Sequence record: MZ475897.1
Length of the DNA stretch: 64,000 nucleotides
Direction: 5' to 3' (one strand)
Both the position numbers and the translations under genes were made by a program. Positions 62,492 to 64,000 of this stretch are shown in pieces. Below the pieces are notes generated by a model, which saw only the letters and a list, made by a program, of their open reading frames with translations, had not been told where the DNA came from and ran no database searches. Every line of letters begins with the position of its first letter. Positions within the stretch are counted from its first letter, which is position 1.

Positions 62492-62830
62492 ATGAACATT
62501 GAACTTGAAACCCGTGTAATGAACATGCTGGCAGGCATCAGCCGTCATCTGGTTAAGCTTGGCAGAGGTGATGTAGCTGCCTACCAAGATCGTTTCTTCT
62601 TCGAGCATTCATTCAGTACGCTGAACAAAGAAGACGACGAGACCGATGTGGTCGCTGTGTTGCGCGAAAAGATTGTGGCAGAACTTGCCGTGCGTGACAT
62701 TGCACTGACCGAAGATTATCAGCCTGTGCTTACCTACAGACCGATGGTGATTGTACCGGCATCTGATGACCGTGAGCTGGTAGTTATCGTGGTTGGTTTC
62801 CCACTTGATGCACCAGTGGTCCTGCCATAA
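62492..62830 (+). CDS. Hypothetical protein
   Basis: 112 aa; GAGGA RBS. Confidence 0.7.
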   Translation: MNIELETRVMNMLAGISRHLVKLGRGDVAAYQDRFFFEHSFSTLNKEDDETDVVAVLREKIVAELAVRDIALTEDYQPVLTYRPMVIVPASDDRELVVIVVGFPLDAPVVLP

Positions 62831-62833
62831 ATT

Positions 62834-62842
62834 CTGTAAATG
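62834..62842 (+). promoter_or_regulatory. Motif A variant CTGTAAATG
   Basis: About 33 nt upstream of the 62875 start; the motif flips orientation with the genes. Confidence 0.5.
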
Positions 62843-62874
62843 ATCTTACTTGGTTAACCTGTAGGATATTTGCG

Positions 62875-63534
62875 ATGGCGAAGTCAGTGAAAGAACGAAA
62901 AGCGGTTACGAAGATCGCTAAAACAAAGAAGGGAAAAATTCCTATTCGCATTATCGAGGACACGCGCCCAATAATCATTTGCCCCGAGATGGAAGACAAA
63001 CCTCGTCCGTTTCGTTTTCGCGGTCAGTGCCCGATAACAACCTGCCAGTATTGCACACGCGAAACTGCAACTGGCTGCATGTCGTTAGACCGTAAAGAGT
63101 CTTCCGACCGTTCTATCTCTAACCGCGAGATTGCGTACTATAAGCGTAGCCTCTTTCCTGAACTTAAAGAGATGGATCAGAAACAGTTGGACACGACTGT
63201 TCGACGGGCACAGACTCGTACCCGTACTGCTATCTGTCTCAATATGTTTATTGCCTCCGTTGATGATTCTGATTCTGATCGTTCATTTCAGTACGTGAAA
63301 GGCAGACACCCGTCAGTGGACAATGTGCATAACTACATGGTTCAAACCTTTACCGACTACAGACCTTGGATGCTCGCCTATCTTGATGATGAGCAGCGCT
63401 TCGAAGAACTGGTCGGTAAGATAGCAAATTCTGAATTTAATTTAGGTACAGCTCTGCGTCTTACGCCTCGTAAGTATCAGGTGTTCTGCAAAGCTCTAAA
63501 CGACCTTAAACAATCTGGAGAAACCAATGAGTGA
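62875..63534 (+). CDS. Hypothetical protein with Cys cluster (possible zinc-binding regulator)
   Basis: 219 aa; CP...CPITTCQYC......C; basic N-terminus. Confidence 0.65.
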   Translation: MAKSVKERKAVTKIAKTKKGKIPIRIIEDTRPIIICPEMEDKPRPFRFRGQCPITTCQYCTRETATGCMSLDRKESSDRSISNREIAYYKRSLFPELKEMDQKQLDTTVRRAQTRTRTAICLNMFIASVDDSDSDRSFQYVKGRHPSVDNVHNYMVQTFTDYRPWMLAYLDDEQRFEELVGKIANSEFNLGTALRLTPRKYQVFCKALNDLKQSGETNE

Positions 63535-64000
63535 TAACTTCATTACTCTTGAGCAATATCGCGCGATGATCGAACGCAACATCCTGACCGAACCCGCGAT
63601 GTTAGTCAAGAACCAGACTCAGCCTCTTGGGCGAATCATCTTCCAAGCGCTGGGCGACAACATGCAGATGAAGGACATCATTGTTCCTGACTCTCGCAAC
63701 GCGATTGACCTGACGCAGCAAGCGCCGCTGTCTAACCTGCTGGCCAGCTCGCAACTCAAGTCGCTGATTCAGCTTCGCCGTCTGGTAATCTTGAATCCGG
63801 ATGATATGCCTGCACCAGAGCAAGGCATCAAGAAGCCTACTCTGTCGCAAGAGCCTGTTGCTGGCGCTACCTCGATCGATGGTACTACGATTCCAAACGC
63901 GACTGTTATCGTTGAGCAAAACGGTAACGTCTGGACTGGTACTTCAAACGGTAGCGGTGCTTTCACTGTTGACGTGTCTGGCCTTGCAGAAGGTCCATTC
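63527..64000 (+). CDS. Protein with Ig-like (Big-type) domain; truncated by the window edge
   Basis: Manual translation MSDNFITLEQYRAMIERN...ATSIDGTTIPNATVIVEQNGNVWTGTSNGSGAFTVDVSGLAEGPF; GGAG RBS; no stop in the window. Confidence 0.75.
   Translation, partial: MSDNFITLEQYRAMIERNILTEPAMLVKNQTQPLGRIIFQALGDNMQMKDIIVPDSRNAIDLTQQAPLSNLLASSQLKSLIQLRRLVILNPDDMPAPEQGIKKPTLSQEPVAGATSIDGTTIPNATVIVEQNGNVWTGTSNGSGAFTVDVSGLAEGPF

Noticed and set aside
1-64000. tRNA genes, CRISPR arrays, integrase, introns/inteins and stop-codon reassignment
   Set aside because: None seen by eye. Polymerase, helicase, SbcC and DnaX motifs are contiguous, and long ORFs are intact under the standard code. tRNAscan-SE would be needed to exclude atypical tRNAs

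Overview
This window is a gene-dense segment of a large lytic myovirus (jumbo-phage-like) genome. About 67 genes lie on the minus strand (1-61.8 kb), then transcription switches to the plus strand at about 61.9 kb. Gene content recalls, from memory and unverified, the Erwinia/Dickeya Y3/AD1/JA11-type phages. Virion blocks include Ig-repeat and fibre-like paralogues, the tail sheath, putative neck proteins and many Lys/Ala-rich proteins. These alternate with replication/recombination blocks: family-A DNA polymerase with an N-terminal UDG-like domain, beta-clamp-like protein, DnaX-like clamp loader, SF2 helicase, SbcC/SbcD and RuvC. Blocks are often separated by cUUCGg-type terminators, and two recurring upstream motifs (CTGTAAATA and [A/C]TAATTT[T/C]) look like two promoter classes. 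The top candidates for novelty are: (1) a shared N-terminal S-x-S-[A/K/R] leader on about 10 mostly unrelated proteins, including an ADP-ribosyltransferase and a 1944-aa SNF2 ATPase, suggesting a capsid-cargo sorting or processing signal; (2) an overlapping gene pair at 57-59.7 kb encoding a second, exonuclease-less PolA-fold protein and a protein ending in a RuvC-less TnpB-like WED/REC region; (3) two hairpin-rich non-coding regions near that pair. No tRNA, rRNA, CRISPR array or integrase was seen. All protein family calls come from motif recognition by eye, not database searches.
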